A stretch of 64,000 nt of DNA from Utricularia gibba (GCA_002189035.1 CM007989.1:5394001-5458000); one strand, 5' to 3'. Counted from the stretch's first letter, positions 37,859-51,699 are shown. The notes: a model not told the origin generated them from the sequence alone. Numbers and translations: made by a program.

Positions 37859-39899
37859 CTTAATAAGTAACAAATCTCCTTTCTTCATCTATGTGAACAG
37901 TACTAGAAAGTGAGGTAAGAGAGCCAATGACATTTTTTAAAAAATTCTTCTCAATTAATCTATAAATACAATAACATGGACAAAAGCCAAATGCTCAAGA
38001 AACCTTATAGTATTATATTAGGACTACGTTTTGTTTCAATACAAACGTTTGACAAAAAATATACAATTTTATACTAATGTTTGTATAATATGATTTTTGG
38101 TACATAAATTGTCTAGTTTTACAAATTTTACATACAAACATTTTCAAAATTTTTATTTTGAAACAAACGTTTTGAAAAATAGTATTTCCAACACCAATGT
38201 TTTTTGGAAAATTATTTTGGTACATATGTTCGTAAATTATTTTTTTAAATAAAAACAAACCTTTTGACACCTATATTGTGATAACAAACATTTATTAATG
38301 GGCTTTTATTTAAGTACACATATTTAGCTAACCTATTCCGAAATTGAGGAATACAATGTAATTAGGGTTATAGCTATTGCTAGCCACCACGATGAAATCC
38401 TCTGATTTTTGTTAACCATCGCGATCCACCACAAGCGACCTTGATTATTGACCGTCGATGTTGCGTGTCGTTTCCTCAACAAATTTTATATATGTAAAAT
38501 GTAAAACACAAAAGAGCATAGTACGAGTATCGATCTCAGGGAGTTGTTTTTCGTGAAAAGTGTTTTGTAAGAAACTTCTACAAAATGTCACAGTTTTGTA
38601 AAAGGAGGTTTGTGAAATGTAGAAATAAAAGTTACAACCTAAGTGATGGCCCTTGACTATGGGACGCAATTCCTAGAAATGAGATTCTATCTCCTTCCTT
38701 TGTCCATCCTTGCCTTGGTTTTCACTTATTTCTTTCACTGATTTCATCTTCTTCCTTTGTTCTAAGTTGCTTTTATACCACTCCCCACGTGCATTAACTA
38801 CTTTGAGTCCCCTTCCCATCATTCCTTCTGTCTTGCATGTACCACCAAATTTCCTTTGCGTGCAAGTTAACGTCTAATCATTTCTACAGACGCTGACATG
38901 CAGTAAGTCAAAAGCTTTGACCAGTGTCAGTCTTCTGCCCACAATTATTCCAAGTCACGTAAAAGGCACAAAAAGTCAAATTTTGACCTCTTGCATTACT
39001 CCTGCAATACTCCACGACAGTCTCCTAACATGTCTTGGTCAAATTGCACGAAAAAAGACAAAAAATATATACAAAATAGGAAAATAGGATTTTTCTAAGA
39101 AAATACAATATTTATCAATATAAATCCTAAATTGGGCAACTTAACACTAGATTAATACATAATAATACCTAATAATAAACTAGAAAATAACACTTAACAG
39201 TCGCCCTCTTGACCCACACGATCATCCTTGCTTTGTAGCCCGTCGCCCAATTGCGACTCTGAGTCGGTGTTCTCAGATTCTGGGTTTTATTGCTGACGAT
39301 TTTAGATTCATCTTCTTATATCATTCTTCTTTGAATTGTAAGTTTACTGGACAGATGTAGAATTGTATCGGTTTAATTTGTTGTAGCTTTTCAATTGATT
39401 TGGTACCACAGGTTCTAACCATGAGTGATTCGAATACGGAATCATACGTTTATTCAGAGGAGGAATTTCAATATGAATCTAGTGGGTTGCAACCTCTGTG
39501 CTCGTTCGATGTTGAACTGATGTCTAAAATTGAGTGGAAGGAAGAATGCATACTTCAAGCACATGAGGCTACCACTCAAGACATTGAGTTATATGATCAC
39601 GAGGATGAAGAGATTATATATTATAACTCGAAACAAGGATGAAAACGATTAAATCTTAGGTAAATCCTAAATTATTTTTTTATATAAATAATAGTTAGGG
39701 TTAATCTCTAATTATTTTTTTGAGTATCAATAATTCTTTGTATTTAATTTCTAGATGTAATTGGTATGTGTTATATTTATAATTCTTATGAGTTAACTTA
39801 TAATGCGTATAAGTTGGTTCTTATGTGTATTTATCTAATGTTTCTATTTATTATTCATAAAAGTCTACTTCTTACTACCTAGGAAAGGAATGTTATTTG

Positions 39900-41500
39900 G
39901 TAGCAAAATAGCAGCACGGGATGCTACCATTGCTTATTGTATTCAGGAATAGATTCAGTGGAAATTTAAGAAAAATGACAACAGATACATTTGTGTTGTA
40001 TGTAAAGGGGATCGGGACGAAAGATGTAGTTGGGCTATAACCATCTCAAGTCCCTGTCCAGATTTAGATTGACAAGTATCTAAGTATTATAGTGAATACT
40101 GTAGTTCATGTGACAGAGAGTTGACTGAAAATAAGTCTTTAAAACTCAAGCATCTAGTGAGATTCTTTGAAGATAAGTTATTAGGTGAGCCAGACATCAC
40201 CACACGAGATTTTAGGCATTACATCAACCTAACAACATCCATGTGGGTGGATCCTATGCAAGCATATGTGGCTCGGAAGATGGTATTGGGAGATAGTGAT
40301 GGGAAGCTAGCAATGTAATACTTGATGATTGGTCAGTATTGTGCACAGTTAGTTCTATCCAATCCTGGAACCACTATTGACCTAGTCCTCTCACCTCTGG
40401 ACATCAACAACACTTATCGACGATTTGAAAAACTTTACATTTGTTTGGATGCCTGTAAAACGGGTTGGAGGCATTGTCACCATTTTTTGGTGTTGATGGT
40501 TGTCATGCTAAGGTAGAGGGGGTGGTCAGATTCCACGAGTGAAATCAAGACAAGTGGTTTGTTGGTGTTGATGATTTAGTTTGTTGAAATCAGGGTCCAT
40601 AAGTGAAACAAGAGAAGGCTTTGATCGGGGAGAGTTCTCACCCCCTACAATGGCAAGATAGTGGTTTGTCAATGTCCAAAATGTCATTCTTTCATCTAAC
40701 AATTCCACTATTGTGAACGATGGTGTATCAAAACAAAAGACGAAGGATTGCAAGAAAAAGAAGCGTCTTCCTGGCTTTCGTAAGTATGGAATTCTTAGTG
40801 ACTTTGATTTTACAGAAGTGTTACGTCATATTAGAGGTGTGATTCTGGAAGAGCAACTGGATATTTTTTATTTCATTGACCCTCTATATTTCAATAAGTG
40901 GATTGGTAATGAGGAGACAGTTCGTAGAATATTTCAATAAGTGGATTGCTATATTTTTTTACATACAATGTGTTTAACTTGTTATGTTCTACAACTAGCG
41001 GTCATTGGGTGGTGACGATATGCTGTAATTTTGGAGACGCTCACAATAGAATGATCATTGTCTTAGATTCTTTGAGTGCACGAGATGCACTATGTCCAAC
41101 GAAAAAAGATTTGTATAGGTTCTAGAAATTATTATACTATATTAATAAATAAATTAGCTATGACTAATTCACTACTTTATTTGTACAGGTATCTGAAATA
41201 CATGCTAGGGTATGTGGCACCGTCTTTCGATGTTAACGAGTTGGATTCTGTGCCTATTCACTTTCCTGAGGTACACACACTACAACCTCAATAAATAGTA
41301 TAGCACGAACACTTATAATAAATTGACTTTTAAAGTTATTATTTTTATAGATTCCACTACAAACTGAACCAACTAAATGCAGGTTATATGCTTTATATTC
41401 GGTGAGGCTTCTCATGCAGAATGTACCGCTAGTTTTCTTTCCTTCTGAGTATCCATCATTTGTAAGTCTCTAATCATTCAAAGTTGTTACTAACTTTGGC
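39900..41500 (+). mobile_element. Degenerate MULE (MuDR-type) transposase followed by a Ulp1-like peptidase remnant
   Basis: YCAQLVLSNPGTT...FEKLYICLDACKTGW (MULE). FIDPLYF, HWVVTICC, IIVLDSL and a decayed PxQ...C segment (Ulp1/C48 His-Asp-Cys order). Confidence 0.7.
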
Positions 41501-42458
41501 CATTTTGTAGCCTACAAGAAGTTGGTATACGAGTTATGATGTGTTACAGTTTGCTCCAATATGTGGATTGTCAAATGTTATGATGGGTGGACGTCAGCGA
41601 TTCCCTTAAATCGAATACATATAGCATGAGAGGATGAACTGGTTAGATGGGTGTAGGTGATTCCTAAACTTCAATAGCTATATCGTTGTTTCTTTTGGTT
41701 AGCATGCTTATAGTTTAGTTTACTTTGATGGATAAGATAATGTTTAAACATTTCAATGATTCCAAAATGATGTTTAAATATCTAATATTTAGTTTTCATT
41801 GTGTCTAAATCAATAGGAATATTTAATTAACGGCATGTATCATTTTATAAAAAAAGTGATTGGTCAACTTAAAATTAATGAGTTAGAAAACATGAAAAAC
41901 AAAAAGACACATATACCTATATTTTTCTAATAATTTTTAATATATATTTTAATATATTAACTATTTTTAATATATTTTGTTCAAAATCATAGTTTACAAT
42001 AAATGTATATATCAAAAAGTATGTGTGAAAAAACGTTTGTATTGTTTTTTAATTTTTCTAAACAACGTATATATCTAAACAATGTTTTAAAAAATGTTGG
42101 TATTTGAAAAATAACATAATATTTAACGTTTGTACCAAAATGATGTTTTTTGAAACATTTGTATTGAATTTAAATAAAAACTGAAACGCTTATACCACAA
42201 AATTATTTTTGAAAACATGTGTATCAAATTATAAGCAACCTTTGAAATGTTCTCATTGAAACATATTTTTTCCCTATTATAATAATTCATATGGGTCACA
42301 CACAATTTCAAAAAAAATTCTAATAGGCAAATGTTCTAGACTCAATCCATCTAATCTATAAGTCAGATTCATAACCATCAAACATGGATCTGTCCCATAC
42401 CTATTTTCTATGAGTACAGGTCACTGTTCAAACTCATTATGAGTTAACACCTATTGCA

Positions 42459-43073
42459 TATTTGGATCGATTTGTAATCTTACTCAGTTGATACGACATT
42501 CTAATCAATAAGTGATTGGCATTTTAGTTCAAAAGAAGCAATTCTTTAAGAAAAAGTTGGCCTTTAAGAATTGAAAATCCTTACAATCCAAACTATGAAA
42601 TGGTACCACACTCATAGAATCAAGAAAGGAATTGGAAATGATAAACTACACACTAGACACCACAAACAAAGATCGATAAGTCTAAAGTTCTATTAGAACA
42701 CAAAGAAGAAGCATTGTTCTCAAAAGTCATTACAATCAAAATTGTTTTAAATAAGAGTGAGTCTCTTCTTATATAGATGAAGTATTGATCTTACTTAAAA
42801 GAAAAGTAGTAATAATGTACTTGGGAGTGATAAGACTATTCTACTCAAGTTGCTCCATTTTGAGAAGATTGAATTTTATGTCAAATACCTTATGACTTCG
42901 TTGATTGGCCCATAGCTTCTTAAGTACATCTTGATTTATTATTACTCTTGATCTAGTGATTAGTTCAAATGAAATCAATGGAGAATTATTGATCTTTTGT
43001 CCTTTATTTTTATTGTGATCATGTGTAATATTCATGAAGTTATCACTAGCTCTATTCACTTATGTTACCAACA
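42459..43073. mobile_element. Possible decayed solo LTR
   Basis: Ends CCAACA with TTGCA on both flanks, but the left terminus is imperfect (TATTTGG). Confidence 0.3.
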
Positions 43074-43897
43074 TTGCAATCAAATTTGAACAAACCTACT
43101 ATTGACGTTTACAATTGGTGATCGTTCAAAATCTAAATCTCATTTTTTAATCAAATTATAAGTATTGTAATTGAAATGTTTTTTTATTAAATTTAGGATT
43201 TAGAAATTTTTTTTATAACTATTCCTGGTTTTTAAGTTTTGTAAGCTTTTTCATTATTAAGTATTAGTACGAAACTGATTCATGAGGTTTAATGAAGAAT
43301 TTGACATCTAAATAAAACAAATTTGAATTTTAGTCAAATATGGTTAAAAAAAATAAAACCGACAAGACGAAGCCTGGATTTTAGCGAACTGGCTACGTCC
43401 CCTGCTTCTTTCAAATTGCCAATCCATTGCCATCAATCTTGAATTTGCTACGAAACAAATATAAACCCTAATTTTTGTTCCAATTTGCTGTCGTCCGGCT
43501 ACCGCATCCCCTCCTGTAAGGTAAGAATACCACTACGGTAACTTCGACCTCCGATCATTTAGCTTTCATGCTCATTATCAGGAAGGTTTCGTTCTTGTTT
43601 TCTTTTCCCCGTTGAGATTTCAGTTGTCGCCAACCGTATTCATGTGGTGTAGTCGATGCTTTTTTTCAGAGAAAAATTTTGATCTTGTAGTAAATTACCT
43701 TTTCCATTAGTTCAAGCGGGCAAGTGAAAGATAGGTCATGATCAATCAAGGAGCGTTCTTGATGCCAATACATTATTTGGGTGGCTTACACTTCATCTGT
43801 TTTTAATTGATTGTTATTAGGCTATAAACATTTCTTTCATGCAGTTCATTTGACTCCACCACATTGCTACTGGGCCAGGTGGTGTTTGTGAGAATCC

Positions 43898-46248
43898 ATG
43901 GAAAGCTGTTTCAGGCCTCAAATTTTGGTTGACAAGTTGTCAAAACTCAACAGCTCCCAACAAAGCATCGAGAGTATCCTGCTTTCTAGTTATTGTACTA
44001 ACATTGTACTAAAAACTTTTTATCGGGATAGACTAAAAATATTCACTACAAATATTTGGTTTTTTCAGGAAAAGTTTAGTTTTTCACATGATCCGGATAA
44101 TTATCTTGAGATCCCATGAGTTTTTAAGTTGCTAATGCTGCATAGCTACAGGAAGAAAAAGTCATTTGTACAGTATATACGTATGTTTTATGGCCTAGCA
44201 GCCTCCTGCTATCTTGTTGCGTTTCCTTAATGTCACAAGCTCTTTCTCATTGGTGCATTTTTCACATGAACAAAGCCAATCATGTTGTTGAGACATGGGA
44301 AAAGCAGTTTCACTGTGCTCCTCGTGAGCAGCGATTAGCCTTTCTATACCTTGCAAATGACATTATTCAGAATAGCAGACGAAAAGGAGCTGAGTTTGTT
44401 GCAGAGTTTTGGAAGGTTCTTCCTGGTTCACTTCGTGATGTGATAGAAAATGGAGATGAGTTTGGTAGAAGTGCTGCACTTCGCTTGGTATGATTATTCA
44501 TTACCTGGCGTGAAGAGTGTGATACTAGACATACTTTTGCTTTTGAAGAAGATACTGAGGGTTTTTTTTTTTTCCTCTTTTCTATCTTTTAAACCTCATT
44601 CTGAGAAGTAATTGAATCAATATTGCGTTTGTCTTGTTCAAATTGAATTCTTTATTTTTTGTCCTTTCAGATTAACATATGGGAAGAGCGAAAAGTATTT
44701 GGCTCTAGAGGACAGATTCTTAAGGAAGAGTTTCTAAAGAGAACATTGGATAATGGCAATAAGCACTGGAACCATGTGAGGGTTAAGTTATTTTTCTTTG
44801 GTTGAACATGAATTGTTTAACCAATCGTAAAGTTGCTATTCTCATCATTGGCAACCAGCAATCACAAGGTGGAGATACGATGGACAAATTAGTTTCTTGT
44901 TATCAGGCTTTTCGTGGCTGCAAACTGGACGTGGATGTGATCATTAACAAATACAGAAATTCTGCAAGTTTTATTGAGAAAGTGGAGCAAGATATCGAGC
45001 AGAACTTTGGTTTAGGTTTGGTTTTTTGCTTCTAGTTTCACGCATCTGCTGGTTAAGTATTTATATAGGTGATGAATTGATCTGTGAAAACGTTTAGGGA
45101 ACGCCAAAAGTGGAATCGAAGATGACGTTAAGGAGCAACACACAACACTGAATGGATGCATTGAGCAGCTAGGTGTTATTGAATCTTCTACGTCTAATAT
45201 TGTAGCTCTCTTGAGGGAAGCACTACAAGAGCAGGTAAACCATGTTTTGCCATATTTCGAATTGATGGCATTATTTTACTTTTGATTTTGTGTTTTTTTC
45301 ACATTTATTGAACAATTGATTTTTCCTGCAATAGGAGTATAAACTGGATCAAGTTAGATACCACCTTCAGGTAATTTGACAGTTAAGACTAGATGAAGTT
45401 TTGTAACTGGTTGAGTTTAAGCAGATTGTCAATCCAGTTGTCTTTCCTTCTCAGGAAGCCCGGAAACATTCCGAACGTGCAAACAATTTCTGCTCAAGAC
45501 TAGCCAAGAGAAGTGGTGTCCCTGCCGTTTATGAACAAAATGGTGCAAATATTCCACATCCAGCACCCCCTCCCTTGATTCCCGAGTCTTTTCCTGATGT
45601 GGGGAGCAGTTGACTTCAAATTACACTCCAGATGCGCCCTTGCTTACTGAAAATTCTGCCTCTGTTGAAGATCCTAAGTCTGCTGCAGCTGCAGTTGCCG
45701 CCAGACTGGCATCATCAACATCTTCCGCGGAGATGCTTACCTTAGTCCTCTCTTCTCTTGCATCAGAAGGAGTGACCTCCCACTCCATTCAAGAAGCCCC
45801 CTGGGAGAAGAGAGCCAAACTTGAGGGAGATCATCCTTGTTACACCCCCAGGAGCTCAGATGCACCGGGTTCCGCCTTTTTGCCGGTTTCCTCGCAAGAT
45901 GTGCATCATGCTGACATCCCTCCCCCGCGATCACCTCCTCCGTCTGCTCCGTCAGTTCATCAGCAGAGCTTCGTCCCTGAGTACATTCCATCTGCAGTGC
46001 CTGCCTACGGCTACAGCGTTAGCCACACAGCGCCGGTCCACTCGAGCTACGCGCCTCCTCAGGTTGCGGACTCAACGCATTTGGCTCATCCCGTTTCTGA
46101 GATGTATCAACATTATGCCACGGAACTGGGTCCCTATGGGCAGCAATCCCCCCGGCAGCGCGTATGCAGGGCCGCTAGAGTTAAGCTTACACGACGTGTA
46201 ATTTCAGGAGATTCCATAGTTACAGGCTTCGCGCCTGGTTGTCTGTAA
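43898..46248 (+). CDS. CID-domain protein (RPRD1A/B-like); 1-nt frameshift in the last exon as written
   Basis: Exons 43898-43973, 44240-44487, 44671-about 44781, about 44859-45015, about 45098-45234, 45335-45370, 45455 onward. Motifs SQQSIETLSHWCIFH, LAFLYLANDIIQNSRRKG, IWEERKVFG. The conserved KSAAAAVAARL...LSSLASEG is out of frame, with a stop near 45610. Confidence 0.88.
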
Positions 46249-47483
46249 AACTATCAATTTTATTTTTGCATCTCTTAAACTTTTTGTAGATATTAAGTTA
46301 AGATACATTAGATGAAGAGCAGGGGATTTTTTGAGTTCATTAAGTGTGTTTTGGAAATTAGAACGGGGTGGAAGAACATCGCTTACGTTTTTAATTTTTC
46401 AAAAAAAATGCATATTTTTATTGTTTTGAAAAATAAGTCACTTACGTTTCATAAAACCTTCTTTTCGTAATATTTTTTATAAAAAAAATTCTTTTTTCAT
46501 GAAAGGTTGAGTAAATTTTTGTTTAGCAAAATAAAACCCTTACAACAGTCAATTGTCACTCGATTTTCTGTACATAGTGGGTGGGCTATTCAAATTTATA
46601 GATTTGAAGCTTACGTCTTATTTTTTAGTAGCTTAATCTATATTTCTAGTTGGTTTTTTTAATGTAAATATAGGAAACTTTTATTGACAAGCCTCCAATG
46701 CATCCATATTTGATACAAAGGTTGTTTGATGTTTTTGTAGTATATGCATCCATATAGCATTATACATTAAAAGTTGGTATACAACAAAACACATTAAATA
46801 TAATTTTTAAAAAAGTGATTCTGTATTTTTAAGAAATGTTTCAATTTTTATCTGAGCAAGAATACCTCATCTTTTCAAAAAACTTTAAACACTTCATTAT
46901 TCCAACTTCATGAAAAGTAGAAGTAACGTGTATTTTATCCAACAATTACTTCCAGAAGTGTTTTCATTGAAATTGGAGTTACATTAATAGACTCTAAATG
47001 AGTTAAAGATTAAGGAATAACTTTATTTTTTGATGATACTCAAATTAGGCATCAAAATCTTGATTGTGATCCAATTGTCGATCCATGTCAAGAGAAAGCT
47101 AAGGCTTATCATCAGAATAGTGATAGATATGCTAATTCTTTAGAACAATGTGCAAAAGCTTAAGACGATATAATGTGCAATTGTGAAGAAAAATTCTTGA
47201 TTGAAAATTGCATAACGACATTGAATTCCATCAATGGGATTATTGAAGGGAAGGATTTGTACCTTCAAGTTTTGGATCTTATTATGAATAATTGTAATCA
47301 ATATTTAAGGTTTTATTATTATGAGTATCTACTTTACAAACTAGATCATTGTTTTACTCTAATGAAACTTTTGATCTTTTATTGTATAACTCGTCTCTTG
47401 CTACTTATTACATATTCCACGTTGGATATGATGAAATTTTGAATTTTTTTGGTTTTGTATTCTATCTTGTTTTATATGAATAT

Positions 47484-48795
47484 TGATAAACGAAAATTCT
47501 CTAATATCGTTGCAATAAAAATAAAATTACGTATCAAATAAATTTATATACCCTAATTCTCAAAAAATACAATTTTAAACACATGTAAAGTGAAATTCGG
47601 TGTCAATCACAAGAAACTTATACTTGTTAAAGATTTCAATAGATGCAGAATTCGGAATAACAGTAGTTCTTAATATAAGCTCAAACTAACAATAGTAAAC
47701 AAGTTCAGTAAAAAAGATCAAATTTCAACACTAAAAATAACAAATACTAGTTCTAATACAAAGTAATACTAAGATGCCTTAAGGGTGTGCAGGTGATGTA
47801 GTGCTAAGATGATTAACTTAATCTATCATGTTCTTATACTCACAACTCCAAATAACTTAAGTCTATCCAAGTCATTTAACATGTTTTCGACTAATATAGT
47901 TTCCAATATCATCATCAACATCGACCCTAGACTAATATTTACTGTTCCCACTTTAATTTGTTGGTCTATCTCTAAATCAAGCATCTGAGTTGCGAAGCTA
48001 CTTGTTCCCCTCCTTAGGTCTACCCATGAAATCATAGAAATAAGAGTTAAGAAACAATGATGAATTATGTCATGAACCCTAAACTCACACCACCATGCTT
48101 TATCTTAAGGTATCCCTATGATTTCAACTATTCATGTATAGAAAGCAAAACATGACAACATTAAAATAAAGTAACAAAAATGTCAAGTACATTGTGAAAG
48201 AGTTGATCACAGAATCTAAAAACATTCGACAAATGAAAGTAAAACAGAAATAGTTCTGATCTATGTCTGCTACTGTTCATAGTTCGGAATAGTAACGCTG
48301 TACTAGGTATTGATCTTCGTTCTTCACATTGGAGGTTCTTCTCCAGAAAATTCTCCTTGTTCTCCCCTCTGGTTCAATATTCGTCGTGTTGGATGAGAAG
48401 CCTCCATGCATTGCTCTGCTCCAGCTCTCTTCGTGATTCTCTCTCCTTCCGATTTTCTCTCCTCTCTCAATTCCCAAAGCAAGTACAATCTTTGACAGCT
48501 CTACTGTTTCTGTCCCAAACTTGCAGACTGCCGCCACGACAGTATACTCATTGCACCTTCTTTTATGCTGTCTTTTTCTACAACTTGATGCTTGCACGAA
48601 ATCCATGCTGCCTCCCCTGATTGTTTGAAGTTGCTACTAGACTCAAAACATGTTAGTACATAAGATGATATATCGATGCTTAAAACTACACAAAGTTTTA
48701 CACAAAAATACTTAAAACTATAAAATAAACAACTAAACATAATTAAAAACTTGTAATTTTCATATCATAAAAACAGGAAAATCTGTGTGCTATCA
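47484..48795 (-). mobile_element. Solo LTR, TGATAA (Athila-like) family (1312 bp)
   Basis: TGATAAAC...GCTATCA termini and a perfect AATAT TSD. Its ends resemble the reverse complement of 49192-50591. Confidence 0.88.
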
Positions 48796-49191
48796 AATAT
48801 AATATATGGTTTTGAATATGATATAATATTGAATAGTAGACACTAGTTATTTACTTAACATCAACAAGTTCAATATTTTGCTCAATTACAAATGCGTCAG
48901 ATGAAACTTCTTCAAGATTATCATGAACGATATTTGGTTAAGCAACCAATTTACAATCGAGCCACAAGTGGATGGGCTTTGCTACTATCGATGCTCAATG
49001 GACATGATAGTCGAGCATACTTTGAGTTGTGTATGCATAGGACCATCTTCCTAAGATTTTGTGAGTTGCTCGTAAATGAGTATGGCTTACAAAAGCACAT
49101 ATACGTCCCTATCGAAGAGGAAGTTTCTATTTTCTTACGTAGGGTAGGCAAAAGAGAAGGTTATTCTAGTTTACAAGAGTTCTTTGGTCAA

Positions 49192-50591
49192 TGATAACAC
49201 ACATTTTTCCTGAAATTTATAACACAAAATAGCTATATTTTATTATAGTTTGAGTTAGATAAATATAGTTTTTAATGTTTTAGTGGTGTTTATGTTAATC
49301 TTGTGTGATTATGCTAAAAAGTGGACTAAATCCTTTGATTTAGTCCACAACTTTTGTTACTAATGTTTTAGTAAGTTTAGCAGGGAGATCAGCAGAAAAT
49401 CAGATGTGCAAACGTGTGGAACAAGTGAAGAAGGGCGCAAAATCCGGAGAAGGACAAAGAGCATTGTTCTGCTGCCACTGCAGTCTGCAAGTTCAGAACA
49501 GGAACAGTACTGGCAGTCAGAAACAATGCAATGGAGTGAAGCAAAAGAAAAGGAAATTATTTTGAAAAAAAGAAGGAGAGCGTAAAGAAGCGAACAACGA
49601 GGGGGACGCGAGGGGTCTTCTTCCCCAACGGGAGAAACACCAACCGGAGGGGGGAAGGGAGGCCTTCATCATTAAGAACAGCACCGGAGCCCAGTCCAGC
49701 ACTACTGTTCAGGGCTGTGAACAGTAGATAGCGGGCGGAAAAACATTATCTATTTGCTTTCCGTTTTTCTGAACATTTCAAGTTTCTGCATTTGACTTGT
49801 TACAATGTTTCTGCCATTTTGGCCAGCTTATGTGAATAAAATTGTGTTTTATTTCCAAAGCATGAGTGGCTAGAGACTTAGGGATGCCTTAAAGTTGAAG
49901 GGGTGTGATGTGTGCTTAGGGTTAATGATGAAATTTATGTGTATTCCTTAACTCTTGTTTCTAACAAACCATGGGTAGACATAAGGAGGGAAACAAGTAG
50001 TTTCACAACTTAGAAGCTTGGTTTAGAGGTAGACCAACAAACCAAGACAGGAGTAGTCGGTGTTAGTCTAGGGTAGAACCAGTAGAACCGGGTAGACCTA
50101 GTTCTATATACCTTGCATGCGGGTAGACCTAATTGTAATGTTGGTTATGATATTGGGGACTAGCTTAAGCCAAAAATATGTTAAATGACCTAGGTAGACC
50201 TAGGTTATTCGAAGTTGTGAGTGTAGGAAGATAGCAAATTAAGTTAGGAACCTTAGTATGGCACCACCCGCAGATCCTTAAGGCGTCCTCGTATTAGTCT
50301 GAGTCAAAACCAGTACCTGTTATCTTAGCGTAGAAACCTGATATTGCTTACCTACCTTGTTTACTGAACTTGTTTACCACTGTTAGTCCGAGCTTAGACT
50401 AAGACTTCCTGTTATCCTGAATTATGCACTCACTAAAACACTTGACAAACACCATCTCCTTGTGATCGACCCCGATATCCACTATACAAGTTTTCCAAAT
50501 TTGTATTTTGTGTAGATTAAGGATTATAAATTTATTTGATACAGATTTTCTATTTTTAATTGCAACAATATTAGGAAATTTCCATTTATCA
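49192..50591 (+). mobile_element. Solo LTR, TGATAA (Athila-like) family (1400 bp), inside the Harbinger transposase
   Basis: TGATAA...TTATCA termini and TSD GTCAA/GTCAG. Removing it rejoins FFGQ|GRDTIHTAFHNVLK in frame. Confidence 0.9.
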
Positions 50592-51699
50592 GTCAGGGAA
50601 GAGATACCATTCATACTGCATTTCATAATGTGCTTAAGGCGTGCGATAGGATGGCGAAGGATTGGATTACCCTAAAGCACGACAACACACAAGTTCATCC
50701 CTTTTTCATGAAGAACTCTAAATATTCATGTTTTAGTAACTACATCGGAGCTATAGATGGTACCCATATTAAAGCTTGTGTTCCCGAAAATTAGAAGTCA
50801 CGTTTCACTGAACGTAAAGGATATCCCACTCAAAATATTTTGACTGTATGTGACTTTGATATGTGATTCACGTACATTATGGCTGGTTATCGAGGTATAA
50901 GTCATGATAGTAGAATTCTGAGAGACTGTCTAAGTGAGCCAAACCTCAACTTCCCAACCATCCCTACAGGTAAGTATTATGTTGTCGATGAAGGCTTTGC
51001 GAATACAATAGGTTTTATGGCATCATATCGACGTGAGAGATATCATTTACCAGACTTTCGTCAACGTACTCAAGGAGGTTACAAGAATAAGCGTGAATGC
51101 TTTAACCATCGACATTCTAGTTTTCGATGTGTTATTGAACGGTGTTTTGGTGTCTGGAAGAAAAGATTTCATATGGTGAATGATGTTCCAACAAATATGA
51201 AATTTACGCATCAAGTAAGAATTGTTGGAGCCAAAATGACCATTCATAATTGGTTGCATCATGTTAATGCGGATGATGATGGCTCTCAATTGTCGAACTT
51301 CCAAGATGAAGAGCGTGGTGAAGAAGACGATGTTGACCTTGAAGAAGAAAATGAGGATGAGAGTATGTACCAACCCATGGATATTCTACGAGAATCTATT
51401 GTGGATGAGTTATGGGCAGTTTATAATAGAAGAAATGTGTAATGTAATGAATTCTTGCAAGTTATGTTTCTCATTTCAATGCATTATCTTTAACATAATT
51501 AAACATATGCTATTTGATATGTAAGATAAGGATATAAACATAATTTATAATCTGCTTATACTTATTTACATTCTACTTCCAACTATTTAAAAATAATTTT
51601 TACTTAAACAATAAACATTGCAGACTAGTACTACTTATTTGTCATTTATTTATCTAATAACTTCTACTTATGAATTAAGTAGAAGTTACTAAAAAAATC

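Larger units (their letters stand above)
46900..51442 (+). mobile_element. Second PIF/Harbinger element, decayed and interrupted by two solo LTRs
   Basis: Myb-partner C-terminal relic IENCITTLNSINGIIEGKDLYL (about 47200). Transposase at 48892-49191 and 50597-51442 (IGAIDGTH, HDSRIL, YYVVDEGF, VIERCFGVWKKRF). Ends not found. Confidence 0.8.

Noticed and set aside
38410-39030. TGTTA...TAACA candidate solo LTR
   Set aside because: The flanks ATTTT and TGTCT do not match, so it was not counted.
38013-42330. AAACGTTT-rich arrays at 38030-38270 and 41990-42300 as paired termini of one element
   Set aside because: Similarity is weak and AT-driven, and no TIR or TSD could be fixed by eye.
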